A stretch of DNA of 64,000 bases from an uncultured Chloroflexia bacterium (GCA_963746845.1 CAVVCZ010000001.1:192001-256000); one strand, 5' to 3'; positions 27,405-39,471 are shown, counted from the first letter of the stretch. Notes: generated from the letters alone by a model not told the origin. Made by a program: numbers and translations.

Positions 27405-30400
27405 GTGACGTCCGGCCGCGCTCCGGGCGGACCGAGCCGGGGCGCGGACGCGCCGACGCGGACCAGCGGAACGCGGGATGGCATCGGCGCGATCGTCGCG
27501 CTCCTCGCGCTCGGCTTCGTCGTCCGTTTCATCATCGCACAGCTCAATCCGGGGTCGGGTTTCCGGGTCGACCAGTCGTCGTTCCTCTTCTGGGCGAACG
27601 ACCTCGCGACCGAGGGTCTCCGCGGCTTCTACGAGCGGCCGTTCTTCCACGATTACACGCCCGGCTATCTCTATGTCCTGTACGTGGTCGGGATCGTCAG
27701 CAAGGCGCTCGGCACCGGCATCGACGTGATCAAGATCCCGCCGATCCTCGCCGACCTGGCGATCGGCTGGCTCGTCTGGTCGATGGCGCGCGAGATCGGT
27801 GTCGGCAAACGCGCCGCCCTCCTGGGCGCGGCACTCGCCATCTTCAACCCGGTGAGCTGGTTCGACTCGGTCCTGTGGGGCCAGGTCGACTCGTTCGGCG
27901 TCGTCTTCCTCCTGCTCGGTCTGCGCGCGCTGTGGCGCGACCGACCGGAGCGGGCGGCGATCTACACGGTCATCGCCGCACTGATCAAGCCGCAGCTGGC
28001 GATCCTCGTGCCGATCGTGGCCGTCGTCACGATCCGGCGGGCGTTGTGGCCGCCGCAGCCCGATCGACGAGGGCGCACCGGCCACCGATGCACCGCTCGG
28101 CTCCGCGGGCGGGTTCCTGGGCCGCTACCGCGCCTGGGAGCGGCGGACGGACCATCCGATCCGCATCCTCACGACCGGCTTCGTCGGGTTCCTGACGGCC
28201 GTGGTCCTGTGCTTCCCGTTCGGGCTGTCCGTCATCGAGCCCGGCACCAACGGTCAGGTCCTCCACTCGGGCCTGGTCGAGCAGATCTTCAAGACCGCCG
28301 GGGGCTATCCGTACGCGAGCGTCAACGCGTACAACCCGTGGGCGCTGGCGACTGCCGGCGGCAACGGGATCGCCGCGAACGGCGCCTGGGCCTGCGACAC
28401 GTTCATCCCGAACCCGCCCGCCGGCGACATCCAGTGCACGGACGCGGTGACGATCGCCGGGATCCCGGCCGTCTACGTCGGGGCGGCCCTGCTCGTGATC
28501 GCCTTCGTGGTCGTCGGCCTCGCGGTCGCCCGGCGCCCGACGCCGCTGACCCTCCTGATCGGGCTGACGGTCCTCGCGGTCGCCTTCTTCGTCCTGCCCA
28601 CCCGCGTCCACGAGCGCTACCTGTTCCCGTTCATCGCCCTCGGCGCGATCCTCGCGGGGTTCTCGCTCCGCTGGCGGATCGCCTACATCGCGTTGTCCCT
28701 GACGACGTTCCTGAACATGTACGTCGTCCTGACCACGCTCTACCCGGACAGCCCGGGGATCCGGGACTGGCTCGGGATCGGCGAGACGATCCGGAGCACG
28801 AACGGCGTGACGGCCATCGCCCTGACGACGCTCGTCGCCGCGCTCTGGATCTTCACGGAGCTGCGGCCGTCGGCGATCCGTCGCCTCGCCGAAGAGATCG
28901 AGGACGACGCCGACCTCGACGAGGACCGGCTCCGCGAACTCGAGCCCGAGCCGAGCCGGCCCGTCGGCGCGATCCCGGCCGGCTCCGCCGGACTGGCCGA
29001 CGCCTCGGTCCCGATGGCGATGGCGCCGCGCGGCCCCGTGCCGTCGCCGGCTGGCGGCGGGTCGGCCGCCGCGCTCCTGACCGCCGACGCGATGGCGATC
29101 GACGCCGTCCCCGTGCCGTCGTGGAGTGCGCCGCCGTCGCTCGTCGAGCTCGGCCCGATCGGCTGGTTCCGGGCCCGCCTCGCGGATCGCCCGGTTCGAG
29201 CGGACCGATCGCGCGAGCTCGACCGGGAATCGGGCGGCCGCCTCGACCGCCTCGACCTGTGGATCCTCGTCGTCCTTGTCGTGTCGATCCTCGGCATCCG
29301 GATGTTCCGCCTGGGCGAGCCCTACCAGATGCACTTCGACGAGGTCTACCACGCCCGGACCGCCGCGGAGTTCCTCGAGGACTGGCGGTACGGGATCAGC
29401 CACTCCATCTACGAGTGGACCCACCCGCACCTCGCCAAGTACGCGATGGCCGGCGGCCTCGTCGCGTGGGGCAACAACCGGGTCACCGCGACCGCGGAGC
29501 TCGGCGTGCCCGTCCTCGACGCGGCGATCGAGCCGCAGGTCGAGGACCCCGTGCTCGCCGCACAGCGGAGCGGCAACCGGGTCGACGTCGCAACGGGCTC
29601 GGAGGTCCGGTCGTACGACCTCGTGACCCGCGCGCTCGTGGCGACGATCCCCATCGACGGCGCTCAGGCGCTCGCGGTCGACGACACGGCCTCTCTCCTC
29701 TACGTCGGCGCGGCGGACGGCTCGATCTCGACGATCGACCTGACCGCCCTGGACGCGGCGCACTCGGGTGCGAGCGGCGCGGCGGTACCCCAGCCGGAGG
29801 CCTTCGGCCAGGTGGACGGGGCGATCCAGCGACTGTTCGTGGCGCCCGACGGCGGCGGGCTTCTCGTCGAGACCAGCGACGACCGGCTCATCACGCTCGA
29901 TCCGGACACGGCCGGCATCCGCGGGACCGTCCAGCTCGACACGGCGGGCGACATGGCGCCCGGCGGCTCGGCACCGGTCCTGTCCGGCGGTCCGGACGCC
30001 GTTCCCGACGCGAAGGCCGCGTCGAAGGCCATCGTGGCGATCCTGGGCGGCGACGCGGCGACCTACGAGGGGCGCCTCCGGAGCGGTGCCGAGACCACGG
30101 TCATCGCCCGGATCAACGACAGTGACCAGCGGGCGAAGGTCCAGAAGGCGATCGACGACGGACAGCTGGCAGGCCTGTCGATCGACTCGGCGGCGCTCGT
30201 CGCTGTCGCCGACGCGAAGGGCGTCGAGCTGATCGATCCCGCGACCGGCGAGCTCGTGAAGACGGTCGACGTCGGCGGCCCGGCCCATGGCCTGGCCCAG
30301 GCGACGGCGGACACCCCCACCCTGTACGTCGCGACGGATCCCGATCCGGCCTCGGACGTGCTGGGCCGGATGGCCCTCGTGGCGACCGGCGGCGACGGCG

Positions 30401-32916
30401 CGAAGAACGGGCCGGTTTTCCTGAGGTCGATGCCGATGCCGGGACCCGTGAGCCGGGTCCTCTACGACGACTCGACCGAGATGATCCACGTCCTCGGCCG
30501 AACGCCGGACGGGGCCGATTCCACGATCTATGTCATTCAGACACGCGCCGACGATCCGTCCGTGTTCGCCGACGCCCGGCTGCCGTTCGACCCGTCCGCG
30601 TGGGTGATGGATTCGAACCGCGACGCACCGACCGACGACCGCCAACAGATCCTGACGTTCTCGCCGACCGGGTCGGTCGCGAGCGTCGACGTCGGCCACA
30701 ACGAGTTCGCCTGGCGTCTGCCGGGCGTCCTCGCGGGCGCGGCGATGGCGGGGTTCCTGTACCTGCTCGCCCGGATCCTGTTCCGACGGCGATCGGTCGG
30801 CGTCCTCGTCGCGATCATCAGCGTCGTCGACGGGATGTTCTTCGTCCAGTCGCGGATCGGGATGAACGATGCGTACGTCGGGCTCGCGATCGTTGCCGCC
30901 TACACGGTGTTCGCGGCACTCTGGATGGGGTCGTGGCGGTTCCGCGGCGCGTTCTGGCTCGCGATGCCGGCGATCGGGGCGATCCTGGGTCTCGGCCTCG
31001 CCTCGAAGTGGGTCGCCCTGTACGCGCTCGGCGGGATCGCGCTGTTGATCATGGCCCGGAGCGCCCTCGGCCGGCTCATGACGATCCTTTCGATGATCGG
31101 GCTGACCGCGGTCCTCGGCTATCTCGCGATCAACGTCCCGGTGGGCACTGGGTTCGGCAACCTGCCCTTCGTCGCCCTGATGGTCGGGCTGACCGTCATC
31201 GCCGTCGTCGCGACCGTGGCCCACCCGATCGCCTGGTCGCTCGACGAGACCCGCTTCGCCGTCGGCGCCCCGATGGTGCTCGGCGGGATCGCCATCCTCG
31301 CCCTCGTCGCGACGGGACGCGCGACGCCCGCCACAGGTGCGGCGGCGACCGGGCTCTCCGCGTTCGTGACCACGCCGATGGCCGCGGCCGTCGGGCTCTT
31401 CCTGCTCGGACCCGTTGCGTGGGTGGCCTTCGCGATCGCCGGTCGCTTCGGGTTCGGACCGCTCGCGCCCGCCCCGGCGCCGGACGAGCCGGCCGCGTTG
31501 CTCCCGCCGCCCTCGCCGCCCCCGTCGGCGGCGTGGCTCCGGCCCGGCGCCCAGTACGGGCTGCCGGTCGTCTGGATGGTGCTGAGCCTGCTGGTGCTGC
31601 CGGTCGCGATCTACATCGCGTCGTACCTGCCGTGGGCCTTCGTCGAGAACCACCAGCTGTTTCCCGGGTGGCCGCCGGGCCATACGGGCCAGACGCTGCT
31701 CGACCTGACCGGCGCGATGTACGCCTACCACAACGGCCTGACTGCCCCGCACGCGGCGTCGTCGCCATGGTGGGCCTGGCTGTTCGACCTGAAGCCGGTC
31801 TGGTTCTACCAGGAGGGCCTCGCGGGCAACACGACGTCGGCGATCTACGACGCCGGCAACCTCGTGGTCTGGTGGCTCGGGCTGCCGGCGCTGGCGTTCG
31901 CCGCGTGGCAGGCGTTCAGCCGGCGCAGCCTCGCGTTGGCCCTGATCACGATCGGCTTCGCGTGCCAGTGGGTCTCGTGGTCCCGGATCGACCGCGCGTC
32001 GTTCCAGTACCACTACTACACGAGCCTGCCGTTCCTGTTCCTCGCGCTCGCCTACTTCCTCGCCGAACTGTGGCACGGCGCCTCGCGCCGGACGTGGCTG
32101 CTCGCGCGGCTGACGGCCGCGGTGGGGGTCCTCGGGCCGGCGCTGATGTGGACCTTCGACCGGCCGATCTGTGCCTTCGTCGGCGTGACGAAGGCCAACC
32201 CCGGATCCCAGGCCTGCCCGCCGATCATCCCGCAGTTCCTGCTCACGTCACAGACGCTCGCGATGGCGATCGTCGTCGGCGTCGCGGTCCTCGTGTTCCT
32301 GCGTCTGCTCGGGCGGATGTCCGGGCGCGACCCGCTCGACAGCCCGGACGGCAACCCCGACGGCGCCGCCCTCGTGCCGCTCCTGCTGACCGCTGCCGGC
32401 GCGTTCCTGCTCACGATCGCCGTCCGGATGTTCATCCCGGACACGCCCCTGATCACGATCGACAAGATCCCCGTCGAACCCGTCGCGATCCTCCTCGGGG
32501 CGCTCATCGCGGTCCCGATCGCCGCGGTCATCGCGACCGCCCGCGATGCCCGCCGGTTCGTCGTGGGCGCCGTCGTCGCGATGATCGCGTGGTTCGTCGT
32601 CGAGTACCCGAACATCAGCGCCCTGCCGCTGCCGACCGCGATCGCGAACGTGTACCAGGGCGTCCTGCCGAGCTACCTGTACGCGTTCCAGTTCCCGGTC
32701 AACAACGTCGCGGCCAGCGTCCAGATCCACCTCCTCGGGGCGGTCCCGCTGATGCTCGGGGCGGCGATGGTCTTCCTGTGCCTCGTCGTGGCCTACTCGA
32801 CCTGGGTCTGGCGGCTGGCGCTGGCCGAACGGAGCGCCGCCGAGCGCGACCGGTTCGAGCTCGGCGGGGCGGGCGGGGCGACCGGTGGCGCGGGCGGTGG
32901 GTCGCGGTCGCCCTGA
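27405..32916 (+). CDS. ~1836-aa fusion: GT-C mannosyltransferase-like + PMT-like protein O-mannosyltransferase with inserted domain; +1 frameshift at ~28059
   Basis: DYTPGY, WGQVDS, KPQ, NAYNPW, HERYLFP in the first part; FDEVYH, THPHLAK, AWRL, SRIGMND, ASKW, GN..WW, FQYHY in the PMT part; frames join at CAG-C-CCG. Confidence 0.8.
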
Positions 32917-32952
32917 TCCTCGGTTCGGCCGGCGCCGGGGCGCGATCCGCGG

Positions 32953-34260
32953 TCAGTCGAGCGGTGCGGCCGGCTCGGGCGACGTGACGGCGGCCGCAAC
33001 CGGGTCCGCGGTCGGGTTCTGGGCCGCCTCGGGCGTCGAGGCGCCGTTCCCGGCCACGGCATCCGCGGGTGTCGGTGCGATCTCGCGGAGGGCCGCTCGT
33101 GGCGACGGCGGGATCGGTGCGTGGAAGCCCGGCGGCAGCTCGCCGCGAGCGGCAAGCCGGCGGATCACCACGCCGTAGAAGTCGTCCACCTTGGCGGTGA
33201 CCCGCGGCCAGCTGAACTCCTCTGCGCGGATGCGGCCGGCGGTGCCCATGGCCCGCCGCTCCTCGTCGTCGTCGAGAAGCCGCGCGATCGCCTCGGCGAG
33301 GGCCTTGGGCTCCCGGGGTGGCACCAGGAGGGCCTCGCGGCCGCGCCGGACGACGCCCTTGTAGCCGTGGATGTCCGAGGCGACGATCGCGGTCCCGGCG
33401 GCCATGGCCTCGAGCAGGACGATCCCGAACGACTCGCCGCCCGTCGCCGGTGACACGTACACATCCGCGGTCCGGAACAGCTGGGCCTTCTCCTCGTCGG
33501 TCACCCGGCCGAGGAACTCCACGTCCCGGAGCCGGCGCGTCGCGACGTAGCGACGGGCCTCACGCGCGAGGGGCCCGCTCCCGACGACGAGGAGGCGACA
33601 CTCGGCGCCCGCCTTCCGGAGGACCCGGAACGCCTTGAGCACATCGAGCAGCCCCTTCCGCGGCTCGAACCGCCCCACGAAGAGGATGTTGGGCCGGCCG
33701 TCCTGCCAGCGGGCGATCGGCACCGCCATCTCGAAGCGACGGATGTCGACGCCGTTCGGGATCACCTTGTAGTCGCCCGGGAAGTAGCGCTCGATGAAGT
33801 GCTTCGCGGCGCCGCTGACCGCGATCCGCCCGTGCAGCCGGCCGGCGTACCCGCGCATCACCCGGCGCCCGAACTCGTAGGAGGGCGAGAACCCGCCGTA
33901 GGCATGGAAGGTGGCGACGTTCACGCTGGTCGAGAGGCGGAGGATGATCGGGGAGAGGAACGGGACGAAGGGCTCGTGGAAGTGGAGCAGGTCGAACTGC
34001 TCGCGCTCGAGCATGTCCCGGACCTGGGAGACGAAGCGGGGCGACAGGGTGACGGTCCCGACGGAGCCGTTGACAGGCATCGAGAAGCCCTTGCCGATCC
34101 GGATGATGTCGCCCTCGGAGGCCCGCTGGAGGCCGTGGGACGAGCTCAGGATCCGGACGTCGTGGCCGCGCAGCCGGAGGTTCTGGTACAGGTACTGGAC
34201 ATGCTGGGTCACACCGCCGGGGAGCGGGTAGACGTACGGCGTGACGAGCCCGATCTTCAT
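32953..34260 (-). CDS. pimA: Phosphatidylinositol alpha-mannosyltransferase (GT4)
   Basis: MKIGLVTPY..PGGV..HV, HEP, RIAVS, IPNGVD, GRFEPRKG, GGESFGIVLLEAMAAG; operon context. Confidence 0.82.
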   Translation of the reverse strand: MKIGLVTPYVYPLPGGVTQHVQYLYQNLRLRGHDVRILSSSHGLQRASEGDIIRIGKGFSMPVNGSVGTVTLSPRFVSQVRDMLEREQFDLLHFHEPFVPFLSPIILRLSTSVNVATFHAYGGFSPSYEFGRRVMRGYAGRLHGRIAVSGAAKHFIERYFPGDYKVIPNGVDIRRFEMAVPIARWQDGRPNILFVGRFEPRKGLLDVLKAFRVLRKAGAECRLLVVGSGPLAREARRYVATRRLRDVEFLGRVTDEEKAQLFRTADVYVSPATGGESFGIVLLEAMAAGTAIVASDIHGYKGVVRRGREALLVPPREPKALAEAIARLLDDDEERRAMGTAGRIRAEEFSWPRVTAKVDDFYGVVIRRLAARGELPPGFHAPIPPSPRAALREIAPTPADAVAGNGASTPEAAQNPTADPVAAAVTSPEPAAPLD

Positions 34261-35102
34261 TGCTCGCGATTCTCCGTCCCGGCGGCGGTCTCCGTGCGCT
34301 CGCGCCGCCACGCTTCGTCGAACCGCGGCGGCCGGTGGCGGCCACCTGGATAGCCGAGGTCCCGGCCCGTGCCGTCTCGACGGACCGTCGCCCGGATCGA
34401 CGCCCGCGCATCCGCGCTGTACTTCCGGAGCTGCTCGCTGAAGGTTGCGAGCTGCCGCCCCGTGCCATGGAACGAGCCGTGCTGGTGCGTGGCACCGGCT
34501 CCGATCGCCGCCCGGAGGTCATCGGCCGTACGGCCGGGGAATGTCGACCAGCCTGTCCCGATCGCGACGGCCTGGTGGGCGTCGCTGTTGCCGACCGTCG
34601 GGAGACCGTGTTCCTCGGCGAACCGGACGACGCGACCGTGCCACGGTCGGCCGAGCATCGTCGGGTTGAACGCCTCGATCGCGTCAGGCCGGACACGCGG
34701 ATCGGGGTCGCGGATCAGGCGGCGGAGAACCCAGCCCTGGGCACACAGCGGGTACGGCACGAGTGGATGGGCGGGGATGGCCAGGCCGCCTTGCTCGTGG
34801 ATCTCTCCGATCGTCGTCCGAAGGCCGCGCATCGGTCGGACGCGCTCCTCGATGAACAGCGCGAGCAGGTGTCCGCCGAGGGTCGAGACCTCCTCTCCGA
34901 CGATCACCTCGGCCCGGTGGCCGAGGTCTCGAGCCATCGTTCGGGCCGCGATCGCCGCGTCGATCCGCTCGTGGTCGGTGATCGCGATGACGTCAAGGTC
35001 GGTCGAGTGCTCGACGAACTGGAGGATCGCACGGATCGGGTCGATTCCGTCCGAGGCGCGAGTGTGGATGTGGAGGTCGGCCCGGCCCAGACGCTCGGTC
35101 AC
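34257..35102 (-). CDS. PHP-domain phosphoesterase
   Basis: ADLHIHT..SDG, ITDH, GEEVST..GH, AHP, GNSDAH. Confidence 0.9.
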   Translation of the reverse strand: MTERLGRADLHIHTRASDGIDPIRAILQFVEHSTDLDVIAITDHERIDAAIAARTMARDLGHRAEVIVGEEVSTLGGHLLALFIEERVRPMRGLRTTIGEIHEQGGLAIPAHPLVPYPLCAQGWVLRRLIRDPDPRVRPDAIEAFNPTMLGRPWHGRVVRFAEEHGLPTVGNSDAHQAVAIGTGWSTFPGRTADDLRAAIGAGATHQHGSFHGTGRQLATFSEQLRKYSADARASIRATVRRDGTGRDLGYPGGRHRPPRFDEAWRRERTETAAGTENREQ

Positions 35103-36091
35103 GGCGTCCCTCCGGCGGCACCCTCGGCGGTCGCGAGGTCCGGCCAGATCGGGAAGAACGCCCCGGACCACTGCTCCGGCGCGTCGGCGATCAGGTCCTC
35201 GAAGGCCGCCGCGAGCGACGCCAGGGTCGCGGTGATCCGCTCGCGTCGACTGCCAGTGGCCGGGGCCTGGACCGCGATCAGGCGTCCGGCATAGCGGCCG
35301 ACGCCGAGCCGCCGGATGCCGACGGCCGCGATCGTCGCACCCGACTCGGCGGCCAGCAGCGCCGGGCCGATCGGGAACGGCGCCGGAGCCCCGAAGAACG
35401 GCACGTCGATGCCGCCGCCCGCGATGTCCCGGTCGGCGACGATCCCGACGTAGCCATCCGCGGCGAGCGCCGCCTGGAGCTCCCGCCGGGCCTCCCGCAG
35501 GCTGACGATCCGGACGCCGAGTGATCCTCGCGTCTCCTCGAACCAGGCCTGCAGGGGCGGATCCTCGACGGTCTCCATCGGGGCAACGAAAGTCCGTCCG
35601 GAGCGCTGGGCCAGGTAGAGCGCCGGCAGCTCGATCGGGCCGAAGTGGGCCGCGACGAAGACCACCGGCCCGCCGTCGAAGACGGCGGCGACGGCCTCGG
35701 GGGTCTCGATGGCGACGAGGGACTCGAAGATGCCCGGGGGCAGGCTCGGGACCCGCAGGATCTCGAGGTAGTAGCGGGCGTCGTGACGGAACGCGAGCCG
35801 GACGAGCCGCTCCAGCTCCGCGGGATCGTGAGCGGCGGCCCGGGCACGATCCGGCCCGCGACCCCGCCGATCCAGCTCCGCAGCGATCCGGCCGAAGTTC
35901 CGTCGTGCCTGGGCGGCGCGGGCGGGAGCGAGCCGGTACCAGAGACCGCCCGCGACGTCGGCCAGGGCGACCCCGACCCGCTCGGGGAGGTGGCAGGCGA
36001 TCCACGAGGCCCCACGGAGCACGACGACGCGTGCGCGCTGGATGGGAGTGCCGCGCCGGCGCGGCTCGACCGCGTCCCCGGCGCTCGTCAC
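35099..36091 (-). CDS. PatA/LpxL-family acyltransferase
   Basis: HFGPIE, ADRD..G..V.FFG..FP.GPA, PEQW. Confidence 0.85.
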   Translation of the reverse strand: MTSAGDAVEPRRRGTPIQRARVVVLRGASWIACHLPERVGVALADVAGGLWYRLAPARAAQARRNFGRIAAELDRRGRGPDRARAAAHDPAELERLVRLAFRHDARYYLEILRVPSLPPGIFESLVAIETPEAVAAVFDGGPVVFVAAHFGPIELPALYLAQRSGRTFVAPMETVEDPPLQAWFEETRGSLGVRIVSLREARRELQAALAADGYVGIVADRDIAGGGIDVPFFGAPAPFPIGPALLAAESGATIAAVGIRRLGVGRYAGRLIAVQAPATGSRRERITATLASLAAAFEDLIADAPEQWSGAFFPIWPDLATAEGAAGGTP

Positions 36092-37227
36092 GAGGCCGCG
36101 AGCTCGGGGCCGGATCGGCTCGCCAGCTCGGACCGTGCCGGCGGGTCGGCCGTGTCGTCGGGTTCGCTCGGATGGCCCGGATCGGTCGGCGGATCCCCGC
36201 CGAGCATCGCCGTCGCGCGGGCCTCCAGCTCGGCCGCCTCCTCGGCCGTCGCCGGCCAGATCGGCTTGAAGCTGTACCACTGCTCGGGCGCCGCGCCGAT
36301 CGTCGCCTCGAGGGCGTCGGCGATCTCCTGCGTCGCGCGGGCGATGTCGGCGTCGGACGAGGACGGGACCGTGATCAGGGGCGAGAACCGGATGTGGAAC
36401 ATCCCGTCGGCCTCGCGCCGGATCGCGACCGGCAGGATCACGGACCTGGTCTTCGCGGCCAGCGTCGCGGGTCCGGCAGGAAGCGTCGTCCAGGCCCCGA
36501 ACAGCCGGACCGGGATCCCGTCGGATCGGTAGCCCCAGTCGATCAGCAGCGCGAGCATCTCGCGCCGTTTGAGGATCGAGTAGATCTCGCGCAGGTTCCG
36601 CCACGGAACGACGTGGATGCCCCACGCCTCGCGCAGCCGGCGGAACCGCTCGAACATTTCCGGGAACGTCGAATCGTCGGCGACGACGCTGATCGGCCAG
36701 CCGCGGTTCGCGACGCCGGCGGCCACGGCCTCGTTGTTGCCGACATGGCCGAGGGCGAAGATCAGGCCGCCCTCGGACGACTGCCGGAAGTCGTTGATCC
36801 GCTCGAGGTCCGTCTGGACGACCCGCCGGATCGCCTCGTCCGGCGAGAGCGACTCCAGGCGCATGACCTCGACGAGGTAGCGCGCGTACTCCCGGTACGC
36901 CGCCAGCGCGAGCCGCCGCACGCGCCGGTCGTCCGGCGGCAGACCCGCCACGCGACCGAAGTTCGCGTTCGACCAGGCGCGCTTCGTCGGCCACAGCAGG
37001 TAGCCGGCCTGGCTCGCCGTCCCGATCACCCACCGCGCGAGGCTCTCCGGGACGTGCGCCACCATCCACACGGCGACCGTGTAGGCCGCGACGACCACCT
37101 TCTCGAGCGGCCGCCGCGTCAGGAGTTCCTTCATCCGGCGCAGGCGGAGCCGGAGCCCCGTGACGCCGTTCCCGGTCGCGTCCTTCGCGCCCTGATCGCG
37201 CCGCCGATGCGGCGCCTCGAGCGTCAT
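36088..37227 (-). CDS. PatA/LpxL-family acyltransferase (paralogue)
   Basis: HVGNNE, LIDW..GIPV..FG..LPAGPA, PEQWY..PIW. Confidence 0.85.
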   Translation of the reverse strand: MTLEAPHRRRDQGAKDATGNGVTGLRLRLRRMKELLTRRPLEKVVVAAYTVAVWMVAHVPESLARWVIGTASQAGYLLWPTKRAWSNANFGRVAGLPPDDRRVRRLALAAYREYARYLVEVMRLESLSPDEAIRRVVQTDLERINDFRQSSEGGLIFALGHVGNNEAVAAGVANRGWPISVVADDSTFPEMFERFRRLREAWGIHVVPWRNLREIYSILKRREMLALLIDWGYRSDGIPVRLFGAWTTLPAGPATLAAKTRSVILPVAIRREADGMFHIRFSPLITVPSSSDADIARATQEIADALEATIGAAPEQWYSFKPIWPATAEEAAELEARATAMLGGDPPTDPGHPSEPDDTADPPARSELASRSGPELAAS

Positions 37228-38450
37228 CGGGCCGCGGCCGCGGCCTTCTTCGTTGCCGCGACGGGAGCCGCCGATGCGAGCTTCCGGAGCTGGGCCTTCG
37301 TCAGGTTCTCGGTCCCGACGAGCGTCTCGTTGTCCTCGCCGCGGATGAACGCCTCGACCCGCTGGTGCGCGATGTCGTCGTGGATCTGGATCGGCGGGCT
37401 CTTCATGAAGTAGCTCGACGGGGCGACGAGCGTGCCCTTCAGCCCACGATCGAGGCCGAGCCGGAGGCAGCGGATCGCGTCGGTGATGACGCCGGCGCTG
37501 TTCGGGCTGTCCCAGACCTCGAGCTTGAGCTCGGCGTTCAGCGGCACGTCACCGTAGGTCGTGCCCTCCATCCGGATGTAGCACCACTTGCGATCCTGGA
37601 GCCACGGCACGTGATCGCTCGGGCCGACGTGGACGTTGTCCGGGTCCATGTCGTAGTCGAGCATCGAGGTCACGGCGTTCGTCTTCGAGATCTTCTTGGA
37701 CTCGAGCCGCTCGCGCTCGAGCATGTTCAGGAAGTCCGTGTTGCCGCCGAAGTTCAGCTGGTAGGTCCGGTCGAGGCGGACGCCGCGGTCCATGAACAGC
37801 CGGGTCAGGACGCGGTGGCTGATCGTGGCGCCGACCTGGCTCTTGATGTCGTCGCCGATGACCGGGAGGCCCTCCTCGGCGAACCGGCGCTGCCAGTACG
37901 GCTCACGCCCGATGAACACCGGGATCGCGTTGATGAATCCGACGCCGGCGCGGAGCGCCTGCTCGACGTACCACTTCGTCGCCTCCTCGGAGCCGACCGG
38001 CAGGTACGACACGACGACGTCGACCTGGCGCTCCTTGAGGATCCCGACGACGTCCGCCGTCGGCCCGGGCGCCTTCTCGATGATCTGGCTCAAATACTTG
38101 CCGAGGCCGTCGTGGGTCATCCCGCGCTCGACGGGGACGTCGAGCTTGGGGACCTGCTGGAAGACGAACGTGTTGTTCGGCTTCTGGTAGATCGCCTCGC
38201 CGAGGTCCTTGCCGACCTTGTTCTTGTCGATGTCGAAGGCGGCGACGAACTCGATGTCCCGGATGTGGTAGCCGCCGAGATTGACGTGCATGAGCCCGGG
38301 GACGAACTCGTCGTCCTTGGCGTTCTCGTAGTAGTACCGGCCCTGGACGAGGCTGCTCGCGCAGTTGCCCACGCCGACGATCGCGACGCGGATCTTCTTG
38401 CCCGGCTTGTGGCCGTTCGCGCTCGCGCCGTTGCTCCCGTTCGTGCTCAC
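37224..38450 (-). CDS. ino1: myo-inositol-1-phosphate synthase
   Basis: [48 protein letters not shown]. Confidence 0.96.
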   Translation of the reverse strand: MSTNGSNGASANGHKPGKKIRVAIVGVGNCASSLVQGRYYYENAKDDEFVPGLMHVNLGGYHIRDIEFVAAFDIDKNKVGKDLGEAIYQKPNNTFVFQQVPKLDVPVERGMTHDGLGKYLSQIIEKAPGPTADVVGILKERQVDVVVSYLPVGSEEATKWYVEQALRAGVGFINAIPVFIGREPYWQRRFAEEGLPVIGDDIKSQVGATISHRVLTRLFMDRGVRLDRTYQLNFGGNTDFLNMLERERLESKKISKTNAVTSMLDYDMDPDNVHVGPSDHVPWLQDRKWCYIRMEGTTYGDVPLNAELKLEVWDSPNSAGVITDAIRCLRLGLDRGLKGTLVAPSSYFMKSPPIQIHDDIAHQRVEAFIRGEDNETLVGTENLTKAQLRKLASAAPVAATKKAAAAAR

Positions 38451-39115
38451 TCGTGCTCCTTGCTCGATGACTGGCCGATGACATGCAGGATGCGCTGGAT
38501 GGTGGTGATCGTCGCGAGGACCGTGATCAGGCCGAGGCAGACGGCGAGGGCCGCGCGGCCGCCCGCCCAGGTCCCGTCGACCGATGTGCCCCCGAGGATC
38601 GCGGTGAGGATGAGCCCGACCGTCAGGATGACGATCCGGACCTCGCGCGGCGCGAATCCGACGTTGGCCATGCCCTTGCCGGGCGTGAACCCCTCGCTCT
38701 CGGATTTCGCCCGAGCGTAGCTGACCATGAACGCCGCGCTCATCGCGGCGGCCGCGAGCACCGCTCCGACGCCGAAGCCGGCGAGGACGCAGCCCCACGC
38801 GATCCCGATGTACACGACGCCCTCGCCCCACCGGTCGAAGACCGAATCCATGAACGCGCCGAGCGCCGACGTCTTCCCGGTTGCCCGGGCGAGCGCGCCG
38901 TCGAACAGGTCGAACACGCCGCCGAAGACGACGAGGAGGCCGGCCAGCAGCCAGATCTGGGCGGCCGCAGCGAGGGCGGCGAGGATCGCGATCGCGAATC
39001 CGATCAGCGTCAGTGCATTCGGGGTGAGGCCGACTTTGCCGAAGGCGAGGGCGATCGGGACGACCATGCCCCGGACCCGGGCCCGCGTCTCCGGGCTGAT
39101 CATCGAGCCACTCAC
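38447..39115 (-). CDS. pgsA: CDP-alcohol phosphatidyltransferase, probable phosphatidylinositol-phosphate synthase
   Basis: [32 protein letters not shown]; adjacent to ino1. Confidence 0.88.
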   Translation of the reverse strand: MSGSMISPETRARVRGMVVPIALAFGKVGLTPNALTLIGFAIAILAALAAAAQIWLLAGLLVVFGGVFDLFDGALARATGKTSALGAFMDSVFDRWGEGVVYIGIAWGCVLAGFGVGAVLAAAAMSAAFMVSYARAKSESEGFTPGKGMANVGFAPREVRIVILTVGLILTAILGGTSVDGTWAGGRAALAVCLGLITVLATITTIQRILHVIGQSSSKEHE

Positions 39116-39471
39116 GAGGCGGCCCGCTCCGGGCCGGCGCCGGCGATCCCGAGGACGGCGGCCTGCCGGCCCTCGAACTCGGCGAACGCCTCGGGCAGGA
39201 GACGACAGAACGTCTCGCGGCCGATCCTGCGGGTCGCGACCAGGCCGGCGGCGCGCAGCCGCCCGATGTGCCACGACACGAGCGGCTGCGACAGCCCGAC
39301 CGAGGCGACGAGCTCCGCGACCGTCGACTCGGCCTGGGCGAGGACCCGGACGATCCGCAGGCGGTTCACATCGGCCAGGGTCTTGTGCACGAGGCGCAGC
39401 TCACGCAGCTCGTCCGGCTGGAGGACGGCGTTGGCGATCGTGCTGCGGACGTGGGCGCGGGAGGGACTCAG
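39112..39471 (-). CDS. ArsR/SmtB-family regulator (inferred CTG start)
   Basis: [30 protein letters not shown]; GAGGT SD 8 nt before in-frame CTG 39471. Confidence 0.85.
   Translation of the reverse strand: MSPSRAHVRSTIANAVLQPDELRELRLVHKTLADVNRLRIVRVLAQAESTVAELVASVGLSQPLVSWHIGRLRAAGLVATRRIGRETFCRLLPEAFAEFEGRQAAVLGIAGAGPERAAS

Noticed and set aside
28027-32076. 1349-aa minus-strand ORF (and similar long ORFs 44053-47097+, 53527-56433+, 58634-61285+, 18158-20950-)
   Set aside because: Antisense shadows of real genes in GC-rich DNA; no recognisable motifs
35099-37227. Lipid A (LpxL) acyltransferase call
   Set aside because: No lpx context; neighbours pgsA/ino1/pimA favour PatA-like function
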